48,619 nt of DNA, taken from NCBI RefSeq assembly GCF_006345805.1, contig NW_021834500.1:1-48619 (forward strand), in the 5' to 3' direction. Position 1 is the stretch's first letter. Each line of letters begins with the position of its first letter. This DNA is from Octopus sinensis (lineage: Eukaryota). The notes under the pieces were generated by a model, which was not told the DNA's origin, did not search any database, and saw only the letters and a list, made by a program, of their open reading frames with translations. The position numbers and the translations under genes were made by a program. Below are positions 36,803 through 48,619 of this stretch, in pieces.

Positions 36803-37288
36803 GATTGTTTTTGATTGATATTATTGTAGACAATCCATTTTCCATCACCTGTGATGATTTGTTTCAAAAACAGGTCGATTTCATTGTGTTTTAAATACAT
36901 ATCGCAAATGTTGATTCATTGTGTTGAGTGAATCTCTTTCAATTTATGTGGAACCCAAATGTCAAGCTTCTTAACAAGTCTGAGACATTTTAAATGGTTT
37001 TCAATTGTTATGTATGATACATTTAACCTCTCTGCAATCTCTCACACAGTTATATAGCAATTAAATTCAATTATAGCTTTGATACGGTCATCATCAACTT
37101 CTGTAGGTTGACCAAAACATTGGTTACTTTTGAGTGAAAAATCTCCAGAATGGAATTTTTTAAACCATTTCTGACATGTGCATTCTGTTAAGCAATCAAC
37201 ACCATAAACTTCACATATCTCTTTGTGAACCTCAGCAGCTTTCTTGCCTTTACCAAAATGAAAAAGCAAAATATGGCAAAAATGTTCA
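36803..37288 (-). mobile_element. mariner transposase fragment (HTH region to the first catalytic D)
   Basis: HILLFHF.KGKKAAE..ICEVYG..CQKWF..F.SGDFSL and IITGDGKWIVYNN. Confidence 0.82.
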
Positions 37289-38635
37289 TTATCATCATCA
37301 TTCAACATCCACTCTCCTTGCTGGCATGGTTTAGACAGTTTGACTGGAACTGATGAGCTGGAGAGCTGCACCAAGTTCCAGTCTGATTTGGCTTGGTTTC
37401 TACTGTTGGATGCCCTTCCCAACATGAGCCACTCCAGGAGTGTAATGGATACTTTTACGTGCAACCATGACTACAATTCATGGGTGCCGTTTGCATGGCA
37501 CCAGTAACGAAAACTCACAGGTGCCATTTACATGGCACTGCCAATGAGAACGATTCCTGGATACCAATTTTCAGGACTTAATCAATGACCATGACTATGA
37601 TACACAGATGCCATGAATGACCATGACCTCAATGCATTGGGTGTTATTTACATGGCACTAGCATGGCCACAACTATGATTTTATTTCGCCTGACGAGTCC
37701 TCTTACACACAGCATATTGCCAGAGGTCTCAGTCACTTGTCATCATCTCCATGAAGCCCAACATTTGAAGACCATGCTTCACCACCTCATTCCATGTCTT
37801 CCTGGTCTACCTCTTCCACAGGTTCCCTTCACAGTTAGAGATTGGCACTTCTTTACACAGTTGTCCTCATCCAGATGCATCATATGACCATATAAATGCA
37901 GTTGTCTCCCTTGCACATCACATCTGATGCCTCTTATGCCCAGCTTTTCTCTCAAGATGCTTACACTCTGTCATACATGCACACTGACTTTGCACATCCA
38001 GCAAAGCATACTCTGCTTCATTTCTTTCAAGATTACACATGTCCTTGGTAGTCATAGCCTGTGTTTTACTGCCATGTAGCACAACTGTTCAAACACAGAC
38101 ATCATACAGTCTGCCTTTCACTCTGAGGGAGAGGCCCTTTGGTACCAACAGAGATAGGAACACTCTGAACTTTGCCCATCCTATTGTTATTCTTACAGCT
38201 ATACTCTCGGAGCATCCACCTCCACTTACCTGCCTGGCATTTGATGGCATCTATTTTCTGTGCATTTGTGGTGTTTATTGTACCCGTACACCTTACACAC
38301 ACAAAAACTATTTTCCAAGTTAACTTCCTCTGATATTGCTGCACCTCTTATGTATCTATAGCTCACACTGGGTACATCTTATTGAGTTTCTACCTATGCC
38401 TTTTCTACAGATTGAGCAGGGCTATCTACCTTAGGGGATTTGTGATTTGTCTGCTTTCTGGTGAGAATGTAGTCAATCTGGCTTTATAGGTTATCAAGTG
38501 ACTTGCTGGCTTTCTGATGTTGCAGATCATTAGGTCATTTGTGTGACAGAATTTCAGCAGCTTTATATACTTCTCATTTTGGGAACCAATTCCATGTCCC
38601 TCATGCACCCCATGGAGGATATCTGGGTGCCGCTT
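37289..38635 (-). mobile_element. RTE LINE 3' part with tail and internal deletion
   Basis: Similar to 23872-25400; jumps to endonuclease-region sequence near 38455. Confidence 0.75.
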
Positions 38636-38659
38636 ATGTGTGTGTATATATATATATAT

Positions 38660-38938
38660 ATTGGTAAAAACGGTAAGATAACAAAAGAAAGAAAGAGACC
38701 TCAATATTATGTAAATAGAGGAAATTTATCTGTAAAATAATATGTGACAATTATTCAATAGCCAAGATAAAACTCTGAGTTTCGGATGCAGAGGTGGAAA
38801 TCCACACCACCATCTCTTCGGTTATCTGGAGATGGCCAGATAACCGAAGAGATGGTGGTGTGGATTTCCACCTCGGCATCCGAAACTCAGAGTTTTATCT
38901 TGGCTACCGAATAATTGTCACATATTATTTTACAGATA
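38660..38938. mobile_element. Near-perfect palindrome (38727-38938) with a variant hammerhead in each arm
   Basis: ~103-bp arms with a 6-nt spacer; AGATAA-CCGAAGA(38844)-GATG..CATC-C-GAAA-CTCAGAG-TT-TTATCT. Confidence 0.72.
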
Positions 38939-38939
38939 T

Positions 38940-39731
38940 ATATATATACACACACACACACACACGCGTGTGCGCAAACATGGCTACATGGTTAAGAATC
39001 TTGCTTCCTAAACATGTGGTCTTATCTAGGGTTCAGTCCCACTGTGCAGCACCTTGAGCAAGTATCTCTTATTATAGCTAAACCCTTGTGAATGGATTTG
39101 ATATATGGAAACTGAAAGTAGCCTGCTGTATATATGTATGTATTTGTGTATGTGACATCATGTGATGGTTGTGAACCAACGTCTATAAAACATATGCCTG
39201 GCCATGGGTAAACATCATGCTAGAAAACAAGTGAGTGTTGATAACAGGAAAGGTATCGAGCCATAGAAAATCTGCCCCAACAAATTCTGTCTAACCAATG
39301 CAAGCATGGAAAAGTGGACATTAAATGACAATGAAGATGCTAATGATGGGATAAATATATATATATTATCATCGTGTCATTGTCATTTAATGTCCACTTT
39401 CCATGCTGGCATGGGTTGGATGGTTTGACTGGAACTGGTAAGCTGGAGAGCTGTACCAGGCTCCAGTTTGGTTTTGACTTGGCTTCTATGCCCTTCCTAA
39501 CATCCAACCACTCCAAGCAGGATAATGTTTACTCATGGCCAGGCATGAAAAATATCACACATATATACAGCAGGCTTCTATCAGTTTCCATACATCAAAT
39601 CCACTCACAAGGGTTTGGCTATAGCAGGGGACACTTGCTCAAGGTGCTACTCAGTGAGACTGAACACTAGACAAGACCACATGTTTGGGAAGCAAGCCTC
39701 TTAAACATATAGCCATGTTTGTTTGTGTGTG

Positions 39732-39762
<31 letters not shown>

Positions 39763-40520
39763 GCGTGTGCGCAAACATGGCTACATGGTTAAGAATCTTG
39801 CTTCCTAAACGTGTGGTCTTATCTAGGGTTCAGTCCCACTGTGCAGCACCTTGAGCAAGTATCTCTTATTATAGCTAAACCCTTGTGAATGGATTTGATA
39901 TATGGAAACTGAAAGTAGCCTGCTGTATATATGTATGTATTTGTGTATGTGACATCATGTGATGGTTGTGAACCAACGTCTATAAAACATATGCCTGGCC
40001 ATGGGTAAACATCATGCTAGAAAACAAGTGAGTGTTGATAACAGGAAAGGTATCGAGCCATAGAAAATCTGCCCCAACAAATTCTGTCTAACCAATGCAA
40101 GCATGGAAAAGTGGACATTAAATGACAATGAAGATGCTAATGATGGGATAAATATATATATATTATCATCGTGTCATTGTCATTTAATGTCCACTTTCCA
40201 TGCTGGCATGGGTTGGATGGTTTGACTGGAACTGGTAAGCTGGAGAGCTGTACCAGGCTCCAGTTTGGTTTTGGCTTGGCTTCTATGCCCTTCCTAACAT
40301 CCAACCATTCCAAGCAGGATAATGTTAACTCATGGCCTGGCATGAAAAATGTCACACATATATACAGCAGGCTTCTATCAGTTTCCATACATCAAATCCA
40401 CTCACAAGGGTTTGGCTATAGCAGGGGACACTTGCTCAAGGTGCTACTCAGTGAGACTGAACACTAGACAAGACCACATGTTTGGGAAGCAAGCCTCTTA
40501 AACATATAGCCATGTTTGTT

Positions 40521-40545
<25 letters not shown>
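38940..40545. repeat. 797-bp tandem duplication; each unit is two tail-to-tail SINEs
   Basis: ORFs 39374 and 40171 are near-identical and offset by 797; only a few substitutions seen between units. Confidence 0.92.
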
Positions 40546-40561
<16 letters not shown>

Positions 40562-40564
<3 letters not shown>

Positions 40565-42672
40565 GTAGATAAAGCAATTAAGAGTATGAAGACAGTGAAA
40601 GCCCTTGCCCATCAGAAACCACTGCAGAGATGCTCAAAATATCTGGCAGTGTCTGCTATAGCCTGGTCGTCCGTATTATTAACCAGGTGATACACAAAGG
40701 AGTCATACCCAATGACTGGTGTAGCAGCATAATAGTCAACTACTACAAAGGAAAAGGTGACGCTTTAGATACAAATAATTACAGAGGTATCAAGTTGTTA
40801 GATCAGGTAATGAAGGTCACGGAGAGGGTCATAGCCCAACTAATTAGGGAGAGAGTCAGTATAGATGAGATGCAGTTTGGTTTCGTGCCAGGGAAAAGCA
40901 CCACTGATGCTATATTTCTAGTAAGACAGCTGCAGGAGAAATACCTAGCCAAAGATAAGCCTCTGTACCTGGCTTTCGTTGACATGGAGAAAGCCTTTGA
41001 CAGGGTCTCCCGATCCCTTATCTGGTGGTCAATGAGGAAACTAGGGATAGATGAATGGTTAGTGAGAGCTATGCGAGCCATGTATAGGGATGCTGTCAGT
41101 AAGGTGAGGATTGGCATTGAGTACAATGAAGAATTCCAGGTAGAGGTAGGGGCCCACCAAGGTTCAGTCCTCAGCCCCCTCCTATTTATCATAGTCCTCC
41201 AGGCAATAACAGAGGAATTCAAGACAGGCTGCCCATGGGAGCTCCTCTATGCTGATGACCTTGCTCTAATTGCTGTGTCATTATCAGAACTAGAGAAGTT
41301 TCAGGTATAGAAGCAAGGATTAGAATCGAAGGGCTTTAGAGTCAACCTAGCTAAAGCAAAAGTCCTAATAAGTAAGAAGGCAGACAAACCACAAATCCCT
41401 TCAGGTAGATAGCCCTGCTCGATCTGTAGAAAAGGTGTAGGTAGAAACTCTATAAGATGTACCCAGTGTAAGCTTTGGATACATAATGGGTGCAGCAATA
41501 TCAAAGGAAGGCTAACTAGGAAGATAATTTTTGTATATGGCAGATGCTCAGGAGCAATAAACACTGAAAATGTGCAGGGAACAACTGCCAGATTCCAGGG
41601 AGAAAAACTAGTAGTAGTTGATAGCTTCCATTACCTAGGTGACCAAGTCAGTAACGGGAGTAGGTGCTCTGAAAGTGTAGCTGTTAGAATAAGAACAGCC
41701 TGGGCTAAGTTCAGAGAGCTCCTACCTCTGCTGGTGACAAAGGGCTTCTCGCTCAGAGTAAAAGATAGACTGTATGACGCATGTGTACGAACAGCCATGC
41801 TACATGGCAGTGAAACATGGGCTGTGACTGCTGAGGATATGCGTAAGCTCGCAAGGAATGAAGCCAGTATGATCCAATGGATGTGTAATGTCAGTGTGCA
41901 TACTCGACAGAATGTAAGTACCTTGAGAGAAAAGTTGGACCTAAGAAGCATTAGATGTAGTGTGCAAGAGAGACGACTGCGTTGGTATGGTCATGTGGTG
42001 TGAAAGGATGAGGACAGCTGTGTGAAAAAGTGTCACACCCTAGCGGTTGAGAGAGACTGTGGAAGAGGCAGACCCAGGAAGACCTCGAACATTAGGCCTC
42101 AGTGAGGCAATGACTAGTGACCGAGGCCTTTGGAAATATGCTGTGCTGGAGAAGACCCGGCAAGCCAAGTGAGACCATAACCCGTAGCCTATGCCAGTAG
42201 TGTAACCAGCCCACTTAGGCGTACCTTTCTTTCATTGGACACTAAACTCTGCTTGCGAAGACCTGTTGAGACAAGTGAAATCGAAATCAAATTCAATGAC
42301 GGCACCATCCAAGTGTGATCATTACCAGCATTGCCTTACCGGCATTTGTGCTGGTGGTACGTGAAAAACAACATTTGAGCGAGGGTGTTGCCTGTGCCTT
42401 TCGACTGGCTCCTGTGCAGGTGACACGTAAAAAGCACCATTTGAGTGTGGCTGTTGCCAGTACCACCTGACTGGCCTTTGTGTCGGTGGCATGTAAAAGC
42501 ATCCACTACACTCTCGGAGTGGTTGGCCTTAGGAAGGGCATCCAGCTGTAGAAACTCTGCCAGATCAGATTGGAGCCTGGAGCAGCCATCTGGCTCACCA
42601 GTTCCCAGTCAAACTGTCCAACCCATGCCAGCATGGAAAGCGGACATTAAACGATGATGATGATGATGATGA

Positions 42673-42676
<4 letters not shown>
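40562..42676 (+). mobile_element. 5'-truncated RTE LINE with (ATG)n tail
   Basis: ORFs 40630 and 41572 (RT, YADD, MLHGSETW); closely similar to the copy at 23872-26170. Confidence 0.9.
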
Positions 42677-42719
<43 letters not shown>

Positions 42720-42733
<14 letters not shown>

Positions 42734-45700
42734 GGGGGACATTAATGGCAGAGTATTAGTACAGAAGCGAAAAATTATGTGACATGGAATTCAACTATAA
42801 GTGGCCTATACTCTGCATTGGAGTGTTAAAGGCAGGAAAAAATATACATCTCTTATGATAAAAGGCAGATTTTCTCTGCCTCCCAAATAGTTTGTTTTTT
42901 ATACAATTGTACAATATAGAATTTCTTCAATTGGAATTTACCTATGATTTTTCGAAGTAGATGTAAAGTTTTTTCAATTTCACCCCCAATGAAGCAAAAA
43001 TTCGAGAAAACTCAATATTTTACGATTTCCCTCTCTCATTTCAAGTGCTTCACTCCTTCCATTACCACCACACTTTCTCCTACTTTCTCTTTGCAAGTGT
43101 GCAACAATTAAAGTGAAAGTATTATATAACAGGGGTGAGCCATTAATACTGGTCATCCTTTTTGCTAGAGGAAGATCCGCTATGGTCTTATATGCTATAT
43201 CACTGGTTTTCAATCATATTAATCAAATTAATATTCAATTTTTCACCCTTATTATGTGTGTGTGTGTATTAGCAATTCGTATAAAATTGCATCTATGACT
43301 TGAACTTGAATAAGTGGTTTCACATAAATGGGGATAAATTAAAAAGGTTTGTTGTTATTATTATTACTGTTTGACTATTGTAATCACGTTTGTTGGTTCC
43401 TCGTCAGGGAAACGTTGTTGTGTTGCAGTTGTTAAAGAATTGTAAACCGTAACCCTCCCCCTTTCGGTATTGTTTAAAAATTGAATTGTGTGCCTGTTTG
43501 GGGATATTGACAATATTTTCACCGTCTTTACGGAAGCATTTTTGTTAAAATGCCTTCGATAGAAGAAAGTTAAAAAATGAATTTCGCTGCAGCCGTACAC
43601 TTCAATACAAGAGGGAGGACAAGATCCAATTGATCGAAATTGCGAGAGACAGGCCTACAATTCCAGTCTGTTATATATTTTGAGTATTGTTATCACTAGC
43701 GATATCAAGATATAACTTTGTATTTTCTATTTTATGTGTAGATGTATATATATATATGTACATGTAATATGTACACATATATATATACACATATATACAT
43801 GCATAATATATCTACCCATACACACATACGCACACACACACACACACATACATAGGGGTAGGTGTGGCTGTGTGGTAACAAACTACGTTCCAAACACATG
43901 GTCCTGGGTTCAGTCCCACTGTGTGGTGACTTGGCATGTGTAGGCACAAACACTCTGTCTTCATATTTGCTGCGTGAGACATGTTTTAATGTTGACGAGC
44001 TTGCCGAGTACATAGCCGACAATGAGCCAAAGCTCTTTCCAGAACAGAAGTTCGCTTACAATTCCGTTGTTAATTCAGTCCGGGCCAAAGTTGGGGGGAT
44101 TTTTTTCCTGGACGCTCCTGGGGGCACTGGGAAAACTTTTGTCAACAAATTAATATTGGCTGAGATTAGGCGAACACAAGTCATCTGGAATTGCGGATAC
44201 TTTGTTGCCAGGCGGCAAGACAGCTCACTCCACTTTCAAGCTTCCGCTTGACTTAGCGAAGACTGAGACACCAACTTGCAACATCAGTAACAGCTCCGAT
44301 CAGGCAGAAGTCTTCAGACGATGCAAGCTTATCGTTTGGGATGAATGCACGATGGCCCACAGACGTGCTCTTGAGGCACTAGATAGATCTCTCAGGGACA
44401 TCAAACACTCTTCAGCTCCCATGGAAGGCATAACACTTCTTCTTTCAGGGGACTTCCGACAAACACTTCCCGTTATTCCCAAAGGGACTACAGCTGATGC
44501 AGTATGTGCGTGTCTTAAGTCATCCACATTGTGGCTACTGGTGAAGACTCTCAAACTTCACACCAATATTCATGCTCATATGCGACGTGATATCACATCA
44601 AGCAGCATTTTCTCACACCTTCCTTGCACTTGGCGAAGGCAAAATACCAGGGGATGAAATGGTAATATTGCCATCGATTCCATTTGTACCATTCTTAAAA
44701 CGCCGTCTGATCTCAGAGATGCAGATCTACAAGCTAATTATCAGAATATGGATTGGATTGGCCAAAGGGCTATTCTGGCCCCGAGGAATAAAACTGTTCA
44801 CCATATTAATGATGAAATGCTAAAACTCATTCCTGGGGATGTCTATGTATATAAGTCTATCGATACAACTCCTGACCCAGAGGACGTCATCAACTATCCA
44901 ATAGAGGTACTCAATTCCTTTGAGCCCCTCGGACTACCACTACACATTCTCAAACTTAAAGTTGGTGCCCCTATAATGCTCATTAGAAATTTGGTTCCCC
45001 CAAAACAATGCAGTGGCACACGTTTCATCGTTAAGTCTTTATCTCCCAATCTGATTGAGGCCACCATTATCACAGGGTGCGGTCGAGGCAACGTTGTGCT
45101 CATACCTAGGATGCATCTTTTCCCATCAGGAGCAGACCTACCTTTCATATTTCGGAGGTCCCAGTTCCCAGTAAGGCCATGTTTCGCAATGTCAATTAAC
45201 AAAGCGCAGGGTCAAACACTGTCTGTGGCGGGAATACATTTGGGAGAGCCATATTTCTCTCATGGTCAGCTTTATGTTGCCTGCTCGCGTGTCGGCAGCA
45301 ACAGTGATGCTTTCGCATTCGTTCCACAACGAAAAACAAAAAAACATTGTGTACAAGGAGGTTTTATAGGATTACTACGTTTCATCATTTTCGAACACGT
45401 TAGTATTTCACTTACATACGACTCTCTTTTATGATGGCATTTACATTTTTAGGCGTTTCATGATATTAATTCACACTTAACCAACACCTGTCCTTCGCTC
45501 ACCTCTATTTCTATCCATTCATCATCAAACCACCAGCCTCATCTTCTATATCCAACGCACATGACACATCTACCCCCTACATCTACATTCTCACTGTTAA
45601 AGTTTACACAAGCGACAACACGATCGCAACATACACTTTGGAAACTAAGCAACAGATCATTTTATACAACAACAAATTTAATCATAACGCCTATCAATGA

Positions 45701-46210
45701 AAACATCTCCACCACTGTGTTGTGATTCATCTATTCAGCACCACTACAGTCTTGCCGGTCTGACATATGGTGAGTAGATGCTATTGTTCTATATTTTATA
45801 AATTACCCATATTTACTTACCCATGCTTCATTCCCTTCTTGCCTACATAGGGCTTCCATTCTCTTCTAACACAGCATGAAGTTTTGTAACAGCACATCCG
45901 CTGCCGTTCGTGGAAAACGAGGAGACCCTATTCACCTGCGAACGTTTTACACCGCCTTCCACGACTATCAAATTCTTACAATTATGAGAACAATAACATG
46001 GCTCTTTTCAAGGCAACCTCGCATTCAATTCTTACACCATTCTACGAGGGGTTAGGAACTCCTTTACACGGCTTTCTATACACTTACAAATACATTCATT
46101 CGCCGTAAATTTATATCAATATTTGCCTGAATAATCATCATAATTCAGTGCAATCATTAACAGTACTTTCAAGCAATTCAGCCCCGAGCATCGCCGGGCA
46201 ATTCTGCTAG
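42720..46210 (+). mobile_element. Helitron, non-autonomous; 5' boundary tentative
   Basis: 3' hairpin GCCCCG..CCGGGC at 46181-46199, then CTAG at 46207-46210 followed by T; contains a PIF1 helicase. Confidence 0.8.
43945..45370 (+). pseudogene. Helitron PIF1-type helicase, frameshifted
   Basis: DAPGGTGKT, IVWDE, GDFRQ, FAMSINKAQGQTL and FSHGQLYVACSRV across three frames. Confidence 0.9.
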
Positions 46211-46626
46211 TATATGTATAAATGTATACACACACACATATAAACAACCCGGCACTCTCATGTGTATGGATGCATGCAAATCTTAAAATTTTCCTTATTT
46301 ATTTATTCATTACCCTGCGCGCGTAAGCGAAAGCAAGGTATTGTAGTCGCTCGTCTTGGTCTGTTTGCCTAGGATATCCCAGAAACAGTTGTAAGACTGG
46401 ATTTTTCCAATAATAATAACGTACATGACTTGAGATGTTTGTCTTGCCTTAACGTTTGTCGTCCTCTTTAACAATTATATATCCGCTGTATCGGAAATCT
46501 ACAATGGCTCCATAACTATCGTCTCGGCTATAACCTTTGAACCCTGGTAATCCTTTACAGCACTTACCTAGCGTACCTAGTCGTTTAGATCACCTGTGAA
46601 CTAAACATCCATACTCTGTGTTTGTA

Positions 46627-46771
<145 letters not shown>

Positions 46772-46784
46772 TTTTATTTTTTAT

Positions 46785-47173
46785 TTTTTTGTCTCGTGAA
46801 AGTTTCAAAAAAAGGTGGGTGAATGTAGCAAAGATGGTGCGTGCGAGCGACGAAACCACTTTGAGCATGATCCTGTAAATAGAAAAAAGAGAGAAAGAGT
46901 ACTTTGCTCTCATGTGTTTTTCTCCCTGCCTGAGGTTACCGTGGTCTTTTCCGTAGGCTTTTCTTTCCACGGATAAGCCTAATTTTGCTTCTTATATTTA
47001 AAAAATTTCTTCTGTGATACACGATCCCTTTTGATCGCCTTTTTTTCCCCGACCCTTTTGATCGGAATTTTACTTCTTTTTCTCCTTTTTCCCCCCTTTT
47101 TCATTTTCGACAAGAAGAGCTCTACCTTTGTATTTGTCCCCTCTGTGTTCAGCCTGTGTGGCCAATAAAGAAA
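46785..47173 (+). mobile_element. 5'-truncated Tx1-like 3' end inside (TATC)n
   Basis: RESFKKRWVNV resembles YEKRWKEV at the end of the Tx1 ORF2; T-rich UTR; ends AATAAAGAAA; TATC repeats resume at 47176. Confidence 0.55.
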
Positions 47174-47199
47174 GTTATCTATCTACCTATCTATCTATA

Positions 47200-47560
47200 T
47201 TAATGGTTTGACAACAAAAGAATGAATGAGACTTCGATATTATGTAAATAGAGGAATTTATCTGTAATATAATATGTGACAATTATTCGGTTGCTATAAT
47301 AAAACTCCGATTTTCGGATTTCTATGAGCATTTTTACTTTTTTATTTTCTTCCCTTTGGTTTTTTCCACTTATTTAACGGTCATTTTGTCTTAATAACGG
47401 TCAACTACGTAGTAATTTCCCTTTGTTTAATAGTCATTTTCATAGCATTTTTTTTCTTTCCTCGATAACTGACGAAATGCCGGAGCAGTTTTCAGCCCCG
47501 CCATCCTAAACTCGGAGTTTTATTATGACAACCAAATAATTGTCACGTATTATAGTACTG
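47200..47560. mobile_element. Second copy of the 38660-38938 inverted-repeat family, with a mutated hammerhead
   Basis: 47210-47319 resembles 38680-38787; GATAA-CTGACGA(47469)...CATC-C-TAAA-CTCGGAG-TT-TTATT. Confidence 0.68.
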
Positions 47561-47703
47561 ACAGACAGACAGACAGACACACAGACACACACACACACAC
47601 ACATATATATATCTAAACTAATACATCAGTTTGTTGTCTACACGACCTGTCTTCGTCTTTTGTGTTTTTGTAAATTCCAACTATATCTATCCATCTATAT
47701 AGG

Positions 47704-47704
<1 letters not shown>

Positions 47705-47736
<32 letters not shown>

Positions 47737-47877
47737 TGTATGTATGTATGTATTATGTATGTATGTATGTATGTATGTATGTAGTATGTATGTATGTATG
47801 TATGTATGTATGTATATATATATGTATGTATATATGTATATATATGTATATATATGTATATATGTATATATATATAA

Positions 47878-47943
<66 letters not shown>

Positions 47944-48043
47944 ATATAGAAGTATATATATATATATATGTATATATGTATATAGAAGTATATATATATA
48001 TATATATGTATATGTGTATATATGTATATATGTATATATAGAA

Positions 48044-48085
<42 letters not shown>

Positions 48086-48197
48086 ATATATATATATATG
48101 TATATATATAAGTATATATATATGTATATATGTATATATGTATATATATAAGTATATATATATATGTATATATGTATATATATATAAGTATATATAT
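47705..48197. repeat. (TATG)n/(TA)n microsatellite
   Basis: Directly visible. Confidence 0.95.
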
Positions 48198-48533
48198 TTA
48201 TTGAAATGGATAAATGAATTATCTTGTTACGGATTATTCAAAATTTAACCGATACCTGGGTAGCAAAAATCACAACAGAAAAAACACGGTTGAGGTTACG
48301 ACCATGGGGTGTCGCAACCGTGCCTTAGCGCGGATAATTGAAGTTTTATATATTTAGTGAAGGAAGAAATGGAGCTGAACGAAGATTCTACAAAATTCCT
48401 TTTTATTATTTTCTACACATGTTTCAAAGGCTGCAAATTTCCAAATTCGGATTGAATAAGGAGACCATTTTGCAGCTTTCTCTTCAGCATTTGTTTGGTT
48501 GCTGCGCATTTGTTTGGAGATTTAAATTCCTGG

Positions 48534-48619
48534 ATTTTCCTGAAGAGAAAGCTGCAAAATGGTCTCCTTATTCAATCCGAATTTGGAAATTTGCAGCCTT
48601 TGAAACATGTGTAGAAAAT
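48534..48619 (+). ncRNA. Type I hammerhead ribozyme in an 80-bp inverted repeat (partner 48408-48487)
   Basis: ATTTTC-CTGAAGA(48540)-GAAAGCTGCAAA..TTTGCAGCCTTT-GAAA(48602)-CATGTG-TA-GAAAAT. Confidence 0.78.

Noticed and set aside
43380-43415. Minus-strand CTGACGA
   Set aside because: No GAAA and no stem II at suitable spacing.
46370-46470. GAAACAGTTGTAAGAC fragment related to the 30.5 kb family
   Set aside because: The CTGANGA half is absent; a remnant only.

Overview
Repeat-rich eukaryotic genomic DNA, inferred to be cephalopod (octopus-like) from the GC-rich expanded rDNA, the SINE/RTE repertoire and the (TA)n tracts. From left to right: (TA)n tracts with CR1-group LINE fragments and an orphan 18S fragment; a ~5.8 kb AT-rich higher-order satellite (probable rDNA intergenic spacer); a deleted and rearranged rDNA unit (ETS-18S-spacer-28S, no 5.8S found); an inverted 28S fragment ending inside the R2/I-PpoI target site; a full-length but frameshifted Tx1-clade retrotransposon with a candidate 17-bp target-site duplication; three exons of a Golgi alpha-mannosidase II gene that seems to lack its catalytic-segment exons; several RTE LINE copies carrying a PHD-like finger inside the RT domain; Tc1/mariner and hAT remnants; a 797-bp tandem duplication; and a Helitron. 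The main unannotated signal is a set of at least five sequence-unrelated short inverted-repeat elements, each carrying a minimal type I hammerhead ribozyme fold (Penelope-like pLTR signature), usually ending at (TA)n. All coordinates were read by eye; element boundaries are approximate unless a motif is quoted, and no alignments, folds or database searches were run.
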